DNA of 40,410 nt from Gammaproteobacteria bacterium (GTDB lineage Bacteria; Pseudomonadota; Gammaproteobacteria; Eutrophobiales; Eutrophobiaceae), in contig JBFIJV010000002.1 of the NCBI GenBank assembly GCA_041600575.1, positions 1 to 40,410 of the forward strand. Reading direction: 5' to 3'. Positions 27,638 through 35,903 of this stretch are shown piece by piece. The notes under the pieces were generated by a model. The model saw only the letters and a list, made by a program, of their open reading frames with translations. It was not told the DNA's origin and did no database searches. The stretch's first letter is position 1. Each line of letters opens with the position of its first letter. Made by a program: the position numbers and the translations under genes.

Positions 27638-28426
27638 ATGACGCTCACTTCAATTTTTTTATATGCGTGGGGCTTTAGTGCCATTGTTATGCTGCTGTTA
27701 TGGATGGTGCAATATAAAACAGAAAACGCGGGTATCGTTGATGTAGCGTGGTCGTTCTTAACACCGCTGGTGGGTGTTTGGTTGATACTGACAGATGATA
27801 TCGCGAATGAAGCGCGGCAATGGTTGATAATTGCCATGGCGATTTTTTGGGGTTTTCGGCTGGGTCTGTATTTATACAACCGGGTTATGAATGAAGTCGA
27901 AGATGGACGCTATCGATACATGCGTCAGTATTGTGGTAAATACGCCCAGCCAGTCATGTTTGTTTTTTTTCAGGTTCAAGCAAGCTGGACGCTGCTATTT
28001 GCCCTGCCGTTCTGGGCTGCGTCACGCAATTCAGGAGTTGGTCTTGGCTTGTTAGATCTTTTCGGTGTTCTAATCTGGATCATAGCTATTGCTGGCGAAT
28101 TCATAAGTGATCAACAACTGCATCGTTTCAGAATGAAGCCTGAAAATAAAGGGCTTGTTTGTGATAATGGTTTTTGGCGTTATTCGAGACATCCAAATTA
28201 TTTCTTTGAATGGTTGCAATGGTGGGCATTTGTTTTAATAGGTTACGGTAGCGATCACTGGTGGTTAACGTGGACCGGGTTAATTGTTATCTATGTCTTT
28301 ATCACCCGTATCACGGGTGTTCCTTATACGGAGCAGCAATCAATACGCAGTCGTGGCGATGCTTATAGGGATTATCAAAAAACCACGAGCATGTTTTTCC
28401 CGTTACCACCGAAGGAATCAAAATGA
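27638..28426 (+). CDS. DUF1295-family membrane protein (steroid 5-alpha-reductase / ICMT-like fold)
   Basis: Polytopic membrane protein with the characteristic GFWRYSRHPNYFFEW motif. Confidence 0.8.
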   Translation: MTLTSIFLYAWGFSAIVMLLLWMVQYKTENAGIVDVAWSFLTPLVGVWLILTDDIANEARQWLIIAMAIFWGFRLGLYLYNRVMNEVEDGRYRYMRQYCGKYAQPVMFVFFQVQASWTLLFALPFWAASRNSGVGLGLLDLFGVLIWIIAIAGEFISDQQLHRFRMKPENKGLVCDNGFWRYSRHPNYFFEWLQWWAFVLIGYGSDHWWLTWTGLIVIYVFITRITGVPYTEQQSIRSRGDAYRDYQKTTSMFFPLPPKESK

Positions 28427-28788
28427 TTGCCATTTCTAAAAAGTATAAGTCCGTATCAATGCCAATCGTGATAGCGTGTGGCGGTCTGTTAATTATGTTG
28501 ACGGTTATTCTTTATGCTTTGATCTATGGTGATTTCTTCAAAGAAGGCGCTGCATTGGTGGAGATGACATGGGGAATGGTAACACTTGTCGATCTGTATC
28601 TGGGTCTCTTGCTTTTTTCATTCTGGATTATGTGGAGAGAAGAAAATAAAGCGATCGCTTTTTTATGGTCCTTGCTAGTTCTGTTACTCGGTAATATGTT
28701 GTCATGTATTTATATCATCAAGGCAGTTTATGACGCGGAAGGGAATATGATGAAGTTCTGGCTAGGTGACCGCGAGGCAACGAAATAA
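28423..28788 (+). CDS. Small integral membrane protein, DUF1475-like
   Basis: A 121 aa protein with 3-4 transmembrane helices and the pattern WGMVTLVDLYLGLLLF...LLLGN. It overlaps the upstream gene by 4 nt. The family name is from memory. Confidence 0.6.
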   Translation: MIAISKKYKSVSMPIVIACGGLLIMLTVILYALIYGDFFKEGAALVEMTWGMVTLVDLYLGLLLFSFWIMWREENKAIAFLWSLLVLLLGNMLSCIYIIKAVYDAEGNMMKFWLGDREATK

Positions 28789-28792
28789 GCTG

Positions 28793-29527
28793 ATGCAAAA
28801 CATAGCATTTTTAATATGCCTGTCTTTGATTGTATTGCCGGTCTTCGCAGACAATGGTCTAACGCGGATCGGTAATGCCTATGACGGTGATAGCAATCAG
28901 TTACTCTATACGGAAAACCATTACGAAACTTTCAATGAGGGAGTCCTTTTACGCTCTGAGGTAATTTATAAAGATGTTGAAGAAAATATAATTGCCAAAA
29001 AAACAGCCGATTTTAGCAATAGCCAATTCATGCCGGAGTTTGCGTTAGAAAATCTTATGACCGGCCATAAAGAAGAAACACGTTATATCGAAAATAAATA
29101 TGAAGTTATTTTCAGTGAGTCACGTGCCAAAACGCAAAAAGAATCATTAATAAAATTTAAAGACGGTTCGATCAGTGATGCCGGGTTTGATAACTTTATT
29201 ATTGTGCACTGGGATGAGCTGGTAGCAGGTAAAAAATTTAAACGAGAATTCCTGGTGCCAAGCATGCTTGATTTTATTAATTTCAGAATATACCAGGAGG
29301 CTATTGTTGATAAGGATGGACAAGTACTTAGATTAATAAATATAGAACCGGATAGTTTCTTTGTGCGCGTCATCGCGGGCACATTAAAGCTCTACTATGA
29401 TAAAAACGAGCCTGCCTTGCGAATATTTGAGGGTGTTTCTAATATGCGGGACATCAAGGGTGATAATTTTAATGTTGTAATCAAATACAAGGATGTGCAA
29501 CAGCAAGTATTAAGTATTAACGAATAG
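28793..29527 (+). CDS. Secreted hypothetical protein
   Basis: The ATG at 28793 gives a clean signal peptide (MQNIAFLICLSLIVLPVFA/DN) and starts 5 nt after the upstream stop. The ORF-track GTG at 28766 would overlap the upstream gene. I recognise no family. Confidence 0.6.
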   Translation: MQNIAFLICLSLIVLPVFADNGLTRIGNAYDGDSNQLLYTENHYETFNEGVLLRSEVIYKDVEENIIAKKTADFSNSQFMPEFALENLMTGHKEETRYIENKYEVIFSESRAKTQKESLIKFKDGSISDAGFDNFIIVHWDELVAGKKFKREFLVPSMLDFINFRIYQEAIVDKDGQVLRLINIEPDSFFVRVIAGTLKLYYDKNEPALRIFEGVSNMRDIKGDNFNVVIKYKDVQQQVLSINE

Positions 29528-29586
29528 TTCGCTTCCGTAAACCCGACCGACCGTGTGATAATCCCTTCTTTTTATATTTAACTTAT

Positions 29587-30408
29587 ATGCAAACTATTAA
29601 TTTAATAATCGGTTGCGGTTATTTAGGTACACGATTACTTGGTGTGTTGAATGGCCAACAATGCTATGTAACAAATAGAACCGAGAAATCATATAAGACT
29701 GACAATGTAGAAAATATTCAAACCTTAATTCTGGATATAAATAATAAAGAAAGCTGGGCTAATCTGGATAGCCTGTTTAACAAACAAGAACTTCGCGTAT
29801 ATTTTCTGGTTACACCCAGACAAATAGATCGAACTATATTTACCGACTTTATTCAGCAACTCAATCACTTCAACATACAACGAGCGGTTTTGGTTTCATC
29901 AACGGTTGTGTACGGTAATATTGATCGAATAGTGGATGCAGATAGTGAAGTTAATATCGATAGTGAACGAGCAGAAAGACAATACGAGATTGAGCAGGAT
30001 TGGTTGGCTAACATGGGAAATGGCGTCATCGTTCGTTTTGCCGGTATCTATGGTCCGGATCGCGTCATAGGTAAAAATGGAATAATTAATAATGAGGCAG
30101 TCAATGGTGACCCCGATGGCTGGCTTAATCTGATTCATGTTGACGATGGCGCTCAACTAATAAAACGCATCAGCGAAATGGATCAGCCTGAACATTGTGA
30201 ACTTGCCTGTGATGGTAATCCGGTTAAACGCTATGATTATTATTCTTTCCTGGCGCAAGAATTAAACCAGCCTTCGCCCCTGTTTGTACAAGATGAGAGC
30301 ACACGAGGTACCGGACGCCGATGTGATAATACAATCACGATGACGCGGACAGGCTGGCAGCCCGAATACGCAGATTTTCGTAAAGCTTTAACAAAGTTGG
30401 TTTCCTGA
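29587..30408 (+). CDS. NAD(P)-binding Rossmann-fold protein (atypical SDR / epimerase-like)
   Basis: N-terminal LIIGCGYLGTRL dinucleotide-binding motif in a 273 aa protein. Confidence 0.7.
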   Translation: MQTINLIIGCGYLGTRLLGVLNGQQCYVTNRTEKSYKTDNVENIQTLILDINNKESWANLDSLFNKQELRVYFLVTPRQIDRTIFTDFIQQLNHFNIQRAVLVSSTVVYGNIDRIVDADSEVNIDSERAERQYEIEQDWLANMGNGVIVRFAGIYGPDRVIGKNGIINNEAVNGDPDGWLNLIHVDDGAQLIKRISEMDQPEHCELACDGNPVKRYDYYSFLAQELNQPSPLFVQDESTRGTGRRCDNTITMTRTGWQPEYADFRKALTKLVS

Positions 30409-30410
30409 AT

Positions 30411-31139
30411 ATGAATATCGAACGCATATTGGTTTTCCAACATCTCCGGATAGAGCATCCTGGTATTTTTCGTGATCTTTTTAAGGAAGACGGGATTGAA
30501 TACGATGTTATCGAGCTGGATGAAGGCGAGCCTATTCCTGATTTAACCGATTACGATGCGCTCTGGGTGATGGGCGGGCCTATGGATGTTTGGCAGGAAG
30601 ATAAATATCCCTGGCTCATTGCTGAAAAAGACGCGATTAGAAAAGCAATTAATGAATTAAACATGCCTTATATTGGCATTTGTCTCGGCCATCAATTACT
30701 GGCCGATGCTTTGGGTGGTGAGGTTGGCTCCGCTACTGCATCAGAAGTAGGCGTATTACAAATTCAAAAAACAGAAGCGGGCAAGCACAGTCCTTTTTTA
30801 CACAACTTGCCCGAGTCGATGTCGTGTTTGCAGTGGCATGCTGCTGAAGTGAAGCAAGCGCCAATTGGAATGCAGGTGTTAAGTTCTTCCGACAAGTGTG
30901 CTATTCAATCATTATCAAAAGGTACACAAGTATTCAGCATGCAATATCATCAGGAAATCATAGCGTCGACGGTATCGGACTGGAGTGCAATACCGGCCTA
31001 TAAAAATGCATTGGAAAGAAGTCTTGGGCAAGGTGCTGTAGAGAATCTCGAGCAGACTGTCATGGAATATATGCTAGAGTTTAATAACACGGCCAGGCAG
31101 TTATACAACAATTGGAAATCGACAATACTTAAAAATTGA
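30411..31139 (+). CDS. Class I glutamine amidotransferase-like protein
   Basis: Nucleophile elbow GICLGHQLL and a downstream YHQE (His/Glu) motif. It starts 2 nt after the previous stop. Confidence 0.8.
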   Translation: MNIERILVFQHLRIEHPGIFRDLFKEDGIEYDVIELDEGEPIPDLTDYDALWVMGGPMDVWQEDKYPWLIAEKDAIRKAINELNMPYIGICLGHQLLADALGGEVGSATASEVGVLQIQKTEAGKHSPFLHNLPESMSCLQWHAAEVKQAPIGMQVLSSSDKCAIQSLSKGTQVFSMQYHQEIIASTVSDWSAIPAYKNALERSLGQGAVENLEQTVMEYMLEFNNTARQLYNNWKSTILKN

Positions 31140-31149
31140 TCTTAGTAAG

Positions 31150-31353
31150 ATGATGTCTATTAATACAGATGATGTGCCATCGCCCTGTGTAAGAAACTGT
31201 TGTTTAAATACAGATGATGTTTGTCTGGGCTGTTTTAGAACAGTGTCAGAGATCGTCGCATGGGGTCAAGCTGATAGTAATAAACGAAAAAGTATTTTGC
31301 GTATTGCTGAACAGCGCAAGCAGAAAGCTGATAAAGCTAATAGAATTATCTAG
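31150..31353 (+). CDS. DUF1289-family small cysteine-rich protein
   Basis: SPCVRNCCLNTDDVCLGCFRTVSEIVAWG is the characteristic DUF1289 Cys motif. Confidence 0.8.
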   Translation: MMSINTDDVPSPCVRNCCLNTDDVCLGCFRTVSEIVAWGQADSNKRKSILRIAEQRKQKADKANRII

Positions 31354-31355
31354 GT

Positions 31356-31862
31356 TTATTTAATCTCTTTATTCAGGGATTTATCTTTCTGCCGTGATTC
31401 AACGGCAAGCTCTTTTTTATAGTCAATCAGTTTATCCATCAGTTTGCTATTACTTGTAGCTAGAATTTCTATAGCCAATATCCCGGCATTTTTTCCGGCA
31501 CCAATTGCCACCGTTGCCACTGGAACACCACCGGGCATTTGAACGATTGATAACAATGAGTCGATGCCGTTTAAGGCATCAGTCTTAACAGGTACTCCAA
31601 TCACCGGTAGTGTTGTATGACTGGCAACCATGCCGGGTAAATGTGCCGCGCCGCCGGCACCAGCTATAATGACTTTTAGTCCATTTTTATAGGCATTTTT
31701 TGCATACTTGCTCATTTCATCAGGAGTTCGGTGTGCTGATACAACATGCACTTCGTGAGCTATTGAAAATTGTTCGCAAATGTCGGCTGCTGCTTTTAAA
31801 GTTGGCCAGTCTGAATCGCTGCCCATAATAATGCCGACCAGAGGTTTGTTTTGAGACTTCAT
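31356..31862 (-). CDS. purE: N5-carboxyaminoimidazole ribonucleotide mutase
   Basis: [14 protein letters not shown]...AHRTP...[13 protein letters not shown] signatures. The ATG at 31862 (MKSQNK...) forms an ATGA overlap with the purK stop. The ORF-track start at 31886 is probably an over-extension. Confidence 0.92.
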   Translation of the reverse strand: MKSQNKPLVGIIMGSDSDWPTLKAAADICEQFSIAHEVHVVSAHRTPDEMSKYAKNAYKNGLKVIIAGAGGAAHLPGMVASHTTLPVIGVPVKTDALNGIDSLLSIVQMPGGVPVATVAIGAGKNAGILAIEILATSNSKLMDKLIDYKKELAVESRQKDKSLNKEIK

Positions 31863-33046
31863 TTTTGTGCTCCGAAACGAATGCAAGTTGCTGCTTGATT
31901 GGCGATTTGTTCAGCTTTTTCAATATCCGAACCTAAAGCTGTGATGTGCCCCATCTTGCGTCCTAGATTAGTGGTTGTTTTTCCATATACATGTATATGC
32001 GCGCCCTTCACTGCCAGAGCTTGTTCAATACCGACAGGATAGCCAGTCCCTTGCTCTTCACCAAGCATATTTATCATAACCGCTGCGGGAGCCACCATTT
32101 TAGTAGAACCGAGAGGTAAGCCCAGTATCGCCCTGACATGATTTTCGAATTGAGAACACTCGCATGCCTCAATAGTATAGTGTCCGGAATTATGAACTCT
32201 TGGTGCCATTTCGTTGAGGATAATCCGATTATCTTCGGTTAGAAACATCTCAACGCCTATAGACCCAACACCACTGATGGTTGTGACGGCTTTGCGTGCC
32301 AGTTCAATCGCTTCTCTGGCGAGCTCATCATCAATGCGTGCCGGTGCGCGTACCACATGACAAATATGATCTTTCTGAACAGATTCTACTACCGGGTAAT
32401 TAACCATTTTGCCATCGGCGCTGCGCGTTACCATTATTGCCAGTTCAGTTACAAAATCACAAAAACCTTCAACATAAAGTTCGCTGTTATCACCATCCAG
32501 TTTTGTCCACGCAGCATCAATATCTGCAGCGGACTGCAGCGTTGCATTGCCTTTACCATCGTAACCATTTCGTCTTGCCTTCAAGACGAGTGGCCAGCCA
32601 AGTTTCTCTGCCGCTGCAACGATATCCTGTTTAGAATTAACAGCTGCGAATGGCGCCAAGGCAATGCCAACATCAGCCAGGGTTTGTTTTTGTATTAATT
32701 TGTCTTGTACCAATCCTATCGTTTTTGCACTCGGATACAGCAGATGTCCTGCATCTTCAACAGCCTGTAGGCTCTTGGCATCAACAAATTCATTCTCGAG
32801 TGACACCACATCCACGCGTTTAGCTAACTGTAATAACGTTTCAGGATTGTCCCAGTTACCGTGAAGGATCTCTGCGGCGAGGCTACTGGAAGGTGTATTT
32901 TGACTCTTTTCCAGGATCACTATTTCACAGCCGAGCTCCATCGCTGTCAGTGCAGTCATTTTTGCAAGCTGACCTCCACCAACAATACCAATGCGATACC
33001 CGCTGGGTACCTTCCTATTTTCCGATTTTGTTGCAGTTTGACTCAT
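31859..33046 (-). CDS. purK: N5-carboxyaminoimidazole ribonucleotide synthase
   Basis: ATP-grasp protein with [12 protein letters not shown] at the N-terminus and purK-type motifs throughout. The start is set at the second Met (33046), but the ORF-track start at 33088 is also possible. Confidence 0.88.
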   Translation of the reverse strand: MSQTATKSENRKVPSGYRIGIVGGGQLAKMTALTAMELGCEIVILEKSQNTPSSSLAAEILHGNWDNPETLLQLAKRVDVVSLENEFVDAKSLQAVEDAGHLLYPSAKTIGLVQDKLIQKQTLADVGIALAPFAAVNSKQDIVAAAEKLGWPLVLKARRNGYDGKGNATLQSAADIDAAWTKLDGDNSELYVEGFCDFVTELAIMVTRSADGKMVNYPVVESVQKDHICHVVRAPARIDDELAREAIELARKAVTTISGVGSIGVEMFLTEDNRIILNEMAPRVHNSGHYTIEACECSQFENHVRAILGLPLGSTKMVAPAAVMINMLGEEQGTGYPVGIEQALAVKGAHIHVYGKTTTNLGRKMGHITALGSDIEKAEQIANQAATCIRFGAQK

Positions 33047-33258
33047 GTCGAAATGGACTATTTCCAAAAAAGCTGGCGAATTTACCACATTTCATCGGCT
33101 AAAGCTTTATTTGAAAGGTTTAAGCCGATAAATGAAAGGCCAGCGGCCTGAGATATTGTTGTATTGAACAAAATTATTGCCTGGCTGATTTTTATTAGAG
33201 TTTTCTTCCATGTTAAGTTAGTTTCAATCACCCATTCTAATCTAATGATAACAACCAG

Positions 33259-34686
33259 ATGTCTAATTCAAGTTTGTATTTATTCAGAAACGATTTACGT
33301 ATAAATGATAATCCAGCCTTGTATGCGGCATCTCATGCAGGTCAACCGCTCATCCTGCTTTTCATAATGGATGATACCGACGAAAACTGGAAGACGGGTC
33401 GTGCCAGTCAATGGTGGTTACATCATAGTCTGCGGGCTTTGAATAAAGACATTCAAAAACAGGGGGGCAGTCTAATTTTCAGGCGCGGCGATACGCTGAA
33501 AATACTGGACGAAATAATCAAGGCAGCCAAGGTTAATAAACTGTTCTTCAGTAGGGCGTATGAGCCAACGCAAAAATTGATAGAAGAAAAGATTTATGCA
33601 ACGTGGCATGAACAGATTGAAATAAAGCGTTATGGAGGTTATTTATTATTTGAACCTGAACATATTCGCACGGGTAGTGATCAGCCCTATAAAGTGTTTA
33701 CGCCTTTTTGGAAGACGTGTTTAAAGCAGTTGGAGCCGCGATTAACAAAACAACGTTCACTGGAATCGATCAGCTTCAGCAAGGTGAAAATCCGTCGCGA
33801 TAATCTGGATGATTGGAATTTATTACCAACAAAGCCTGATTGGACTGGTGGCCTACGTGACAATTGGCAACCCGGAGAAGCTGGTGCCCACAGTGCTTTA
33901 AAAGATTTTCTTCAAGCAGGACTAAAAAACTACAATGAAGATCGAAACCGACCGGATCGATCAGGAACATCTCGTTTATCACCGCATTTACATTTTGGTG
34001 AAATCGCACCGACCCGAATCTGGCAAGAAGTAAAACAATATAGCGACACACATGAAGATAATTGTGATGGGATGATGTCTTTTTTGCGTGAACTGGGCTG
34101 GCGTGATTTTTCTACACACCTATTGTTTAATTGGCCAGACATTCCTGCAAAGCCATTCCGCGCTGAATACCAATCCTTCCCATGGAAGAAAAATAAGAAG
34201 GCACTAACCGCATGGCAAAAAGGGCAAACTGGTTTTCCCATAGTCGATGCCGGGATGAGAGAATTATGGCATACAGGCTGGATGCACAATCGAGTACGAA
34301 TGATCGTTGCTTCATTTCTGGTGAAGCATTTATTAATTCATTGGCATGAAGGAGAACGCTGGTTCTGGGATACATTGGTCGATGCTGATTTGGCCAATAA
34401 TGCTGCCAGCTGGCAATGGGTTGCCGGTTCCGGCGCCGATGCTGCACCCTACTTCAGGGTGTTTAATCCCATCTTACAAGGCAAGAAATTCGACCCAAAT
34501 GGTGATTACGTTAAACACTGGATTCCGGAAATTAGACAGGTGCCATCTAAATTTATTCATGAACCCTGGCTCATGCCCACAGGCGAAGCAGGCATCGCTA
34601 CTGATTATCCGTCCCCTATTATTGAACATGAGGCTGGCAGAAAAGCAGCGCTGGATGCATTTAAACGATTCAAGGAGAATGGTTAA
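33259..34686 (+). CDS. phrB: Deoxyribodipyrimidine photolyase (class I CPD type)
   Basis: LYLFRNDLRINDNPAL at the N-terminus. FAD-binding domain with TSRLSPHLHFGEI, GWRDF, TGFPIVDAGMRELWHTGWMHNRVRMIVASFLVKHL and WQWVAGSGADAAPYFRVFNP. Confidence 0.93.
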   Translation: MSNSSLYLFRNDLRINDNPALYAASHAGQPLILLFIMDDTDENWKTGRASQWWLHHSLRALNKDIQKQGGSLIFRRGDTLKILDEIIKAAKVNKLFFSRAYEPTQKLIEEKIYATWHEQIEIKRYGGYLLFEPEHIRTGSDQPYKVFTPFWKTCLKQLEPRLTKQRSLESISFSKVKIRRDNLDDWNLLPTKPDWTGGLRDNWQPGEAGAHSALKDFLQAGLKNYNEDRNRPDRSGTSRLSPHLHFGEIAPTRIWQEVKQYSDTHEDNCDGMMSFLRELGWRDFSTHLLFNWPDIPAKPFRAEYQSFPWKKNKKALTAWQKGQTGFPIVDAGMRELWHTGWMHNRVRMIVASFLVKHLLIHWHEGERWFWDTLVDADLANNAASWQWVAGSGADAAPYFRVFNPILQGKKFDPNGDYVKHWIPEIRQVPSKFIHEPWLMPTGEAGIATDYPSPIIEHEAGRKAALDAFKRFKENG

Positions 34687-34716
34687 CGTTTCAGAGTTGG
34701 TTACAGACAACCATTA

Positions 34717-34738
34717 TTCTGGTTAAAAACAACCAGAA
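34717..34738. promoter_or_regulatory. Perfect 8-bp inverted repeat TTCTGGTT-N6-AACCAGAA (either the phrB 3' hairpin or an upstream activator site for the sigma-54 promoter)
   Basis: TTCTGGTT at 34717-34724 and AACCAGAA at 34731-34738. No T-run follows. The repeat is centred about 95-105 bp upstream of the -24/-12 element, and the stretch between them is very AT-rich. Confidence 0.4.
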
Positions 34739-34820
34739 CCCACATAATTCATAACCAAATAATTAATCAGTAATTTTATAACTTATTGAAAAATATAAAA
34801 AATATTGTAATGCTAAAAAT

Positions 34821-34836
34821 TGGCACACGACCTGCA
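34821..34836 (+). promoter_or_regulatory. Candidate sigma-54 (-24/-12) promoter for the pqqA tandem
   Basis: TGGCAC-ACGAC-CTGCA compares with the consensus TGGCAC-N5-TTGCW, and the GG and GC dinucleotides have the correct 12-nt register. It lies 58 nt upstream of the first pqqA ATG. Confidence 0.55.
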
Positions 34837-34894
34837 TTATTAAGGGCAACTAAAGTTTAATACTTAACTTTTAACTTAAAATGAGGATACGACA

Positions 34895-34969
34895 ATGAAA
34901 TGGGAAACACCTGAATACAACGACATCCGTTTTGGTTTTGAAGTCACCATGTACATCAACAACAAATAA
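34895..34969 (+). CDS. pqqA: Pyrroloquinoline quinone precursor peptide PqqA (copy 1, 24 aa)
   Basis: Not in the ORF track. It encodes MKWETPEYNDIRFGFEVTMYINNK, which matches the PqqA signature (W..P....[IL]R.G.EVT.Y) including the cross-linked Glu-x3-Tyr pair. A GAGGA Shine-Dalgarno lies 7 nt upstream. Confidence 0.85.
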   Translation: MKWETPEYNDIRFGFEVTMYINNK

Positions 34970-35005
34970 GAAATTTATTTTTAACTTAGGCAGGAGGATA
35001 CGACA

Positions 35006-35080
35006 ATGAAATGGGAAACACCTGAATACAACGACATCCGTTTTGGTTTTGAAGTCACTATGTATATCAACAACAAGTAA
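35006..35080 (+). CDS. pqqA: Pyrroloquinoline quinone precursor peptide PqqA (copy 2, 24 aa)
   Basis: Not in the ORF track. The peptide is identical to copy 1 and differs only by three synonymous changes (ACC>ACT, TAC>TAT, AAA>AAG). An AGGAGGA Shine-Dalgarno lies 7 nt upstream. Confidence 0.85.
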   Translation: MKWETPEYNDIRFGFEVTMYINNK

Positions 35081-35100
35081 GAGACTTCCATCTCGGAATA

Positions 35101-35127
35101 AAAAAGGGGCTGAAAAGTCCCTTTTTT
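35101..35127. terminator. Bidirectional rho-independent terminator between the pqqA tandem and convergent dsbA
   Basis: AAAAA-GGGGCT-GAAA-AGTCCC-TTTTTT. This is a 6-bp stem (one G-U pair) closed by a GNRA tetraloop, with an A-run upstream and a T-run downstream. Confidence 0.85.
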
Positions 35128-35175
35128 ATTGCGCACGTTTTAATACTTATACATGCTAAATATCTAACCAGACTA

Positions 35176-35805
35176 TCATTCGTCTGCAGACATTTCTCCC
35201 CGTTCTTTCTCGATCAATTGATCAATAACCTTTAATACATTTTCAAAACTACCAGCTGTACTACCACTAACCATATATTTTCCATTAACAATAACTGCCG
35301 GTACACCAGTGATCTTATAACGTTGACCCATAACATAGGCCTGCTTAACCATGGTCTCTACTTCTTCCGATTCATATACCTTGGTAAATACATCCTCGTC
35401 GACACCATGTTTAACAAAAAAATCTTCGAAGTCATCGTCGTCATGAATATTTTTCTTTTGTTTGTGTATAGCATCAAATAACGGAGTATGAATATCTTCA
35501 AGAACGTCTAGTTTTTTCGCAGTGAAATAGGCCTTCGCATGAGGGATCCAGTTTTTTCGAAATATACCGGGCATACGTCTAAACTCGACATCGTCAGGTT
35601 TGGATTCGAGCCATTTACTGATATGTGGTTCAAAATCGAAACAATGTGGGCAGGCATACCAGAATACTTCCAGCACTTCTATTTTATCGCCGGTTTGTGT
35701 TGGTTGTGCCGGTGAGATAGTCACATAGCCTTGACCCTCAGCGCGAACTTGGCCACTAATTAAAAGAAATAGAAAGAGTGAAAAAGTGGTAACTAATTTT
35801 TTCAT
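35176..35805 (-). CDS. dsbA: Periplasmic thiol:disulfide oxidoreductase DsbA
   Basis: Signal peptide, active site WYACPHCFDFEP, and a C-terminal GVPAVIVNGKY cis-Pro loop region. Confidence 0.92.
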   Translation of the reverse strand: MKKLVTTFSLFLFLLISGQVRAEGQGYVTISPAQPTQTGDKIEVLEVFWYACPHCFDFEPHISKWLESKPDDVEFRRMPGIFRKNWIPHAKAYFTAKKLDVLEDIHTPLFDAIHKQKKNIHDDDDFEDFFVKHGVDEDVFTKVYESEEVETMVKQAYVMGQRYKITGVPAVIVNGKYMVSGSTAGSFENVLKVIDQLIEKERGEMSADE

Positions 35806-35903
35806 GAATATCCTTAAAGTTTATAAGTTTTGAATGTGTTCAATTAACCTTTGCAAGGTTAGACATCCAAATTCGAATTTTACGTCAGAGAAATTGAGAT
35901 TTT

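Larger units (their letters stand above)
34868..35080 (+). repeat. Tandem duplication of about 111 bp, each unit containing a Shine-Dalgarno sequence and pqqA
   Basis: The ATG-to-ATG distance is 111 bp. The leader TTAACTTA...GAGGATACGACA and the coding sequence are both duplicated, with a 1-nt indel and a few substitutions in the leader. Confidence 0.9.

Noticed and set aside
32357-33151. Several plus-strand ORFs of 65 to 113 aa opposite purK
   Set aside because: They are antisense shadows of purK, with no motifs and no ribosome-binding sites.
33776-34726. ORFs of 78 to 126 aa overlapping the photolyase gene on both strands (33776..34051, 33930..34289, 34127..34447, 34346..34726, 34474..34710)
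   Set aside because: They are nested in or antisense to phrB, which is conserved over its full length. They have no independent coding signal.
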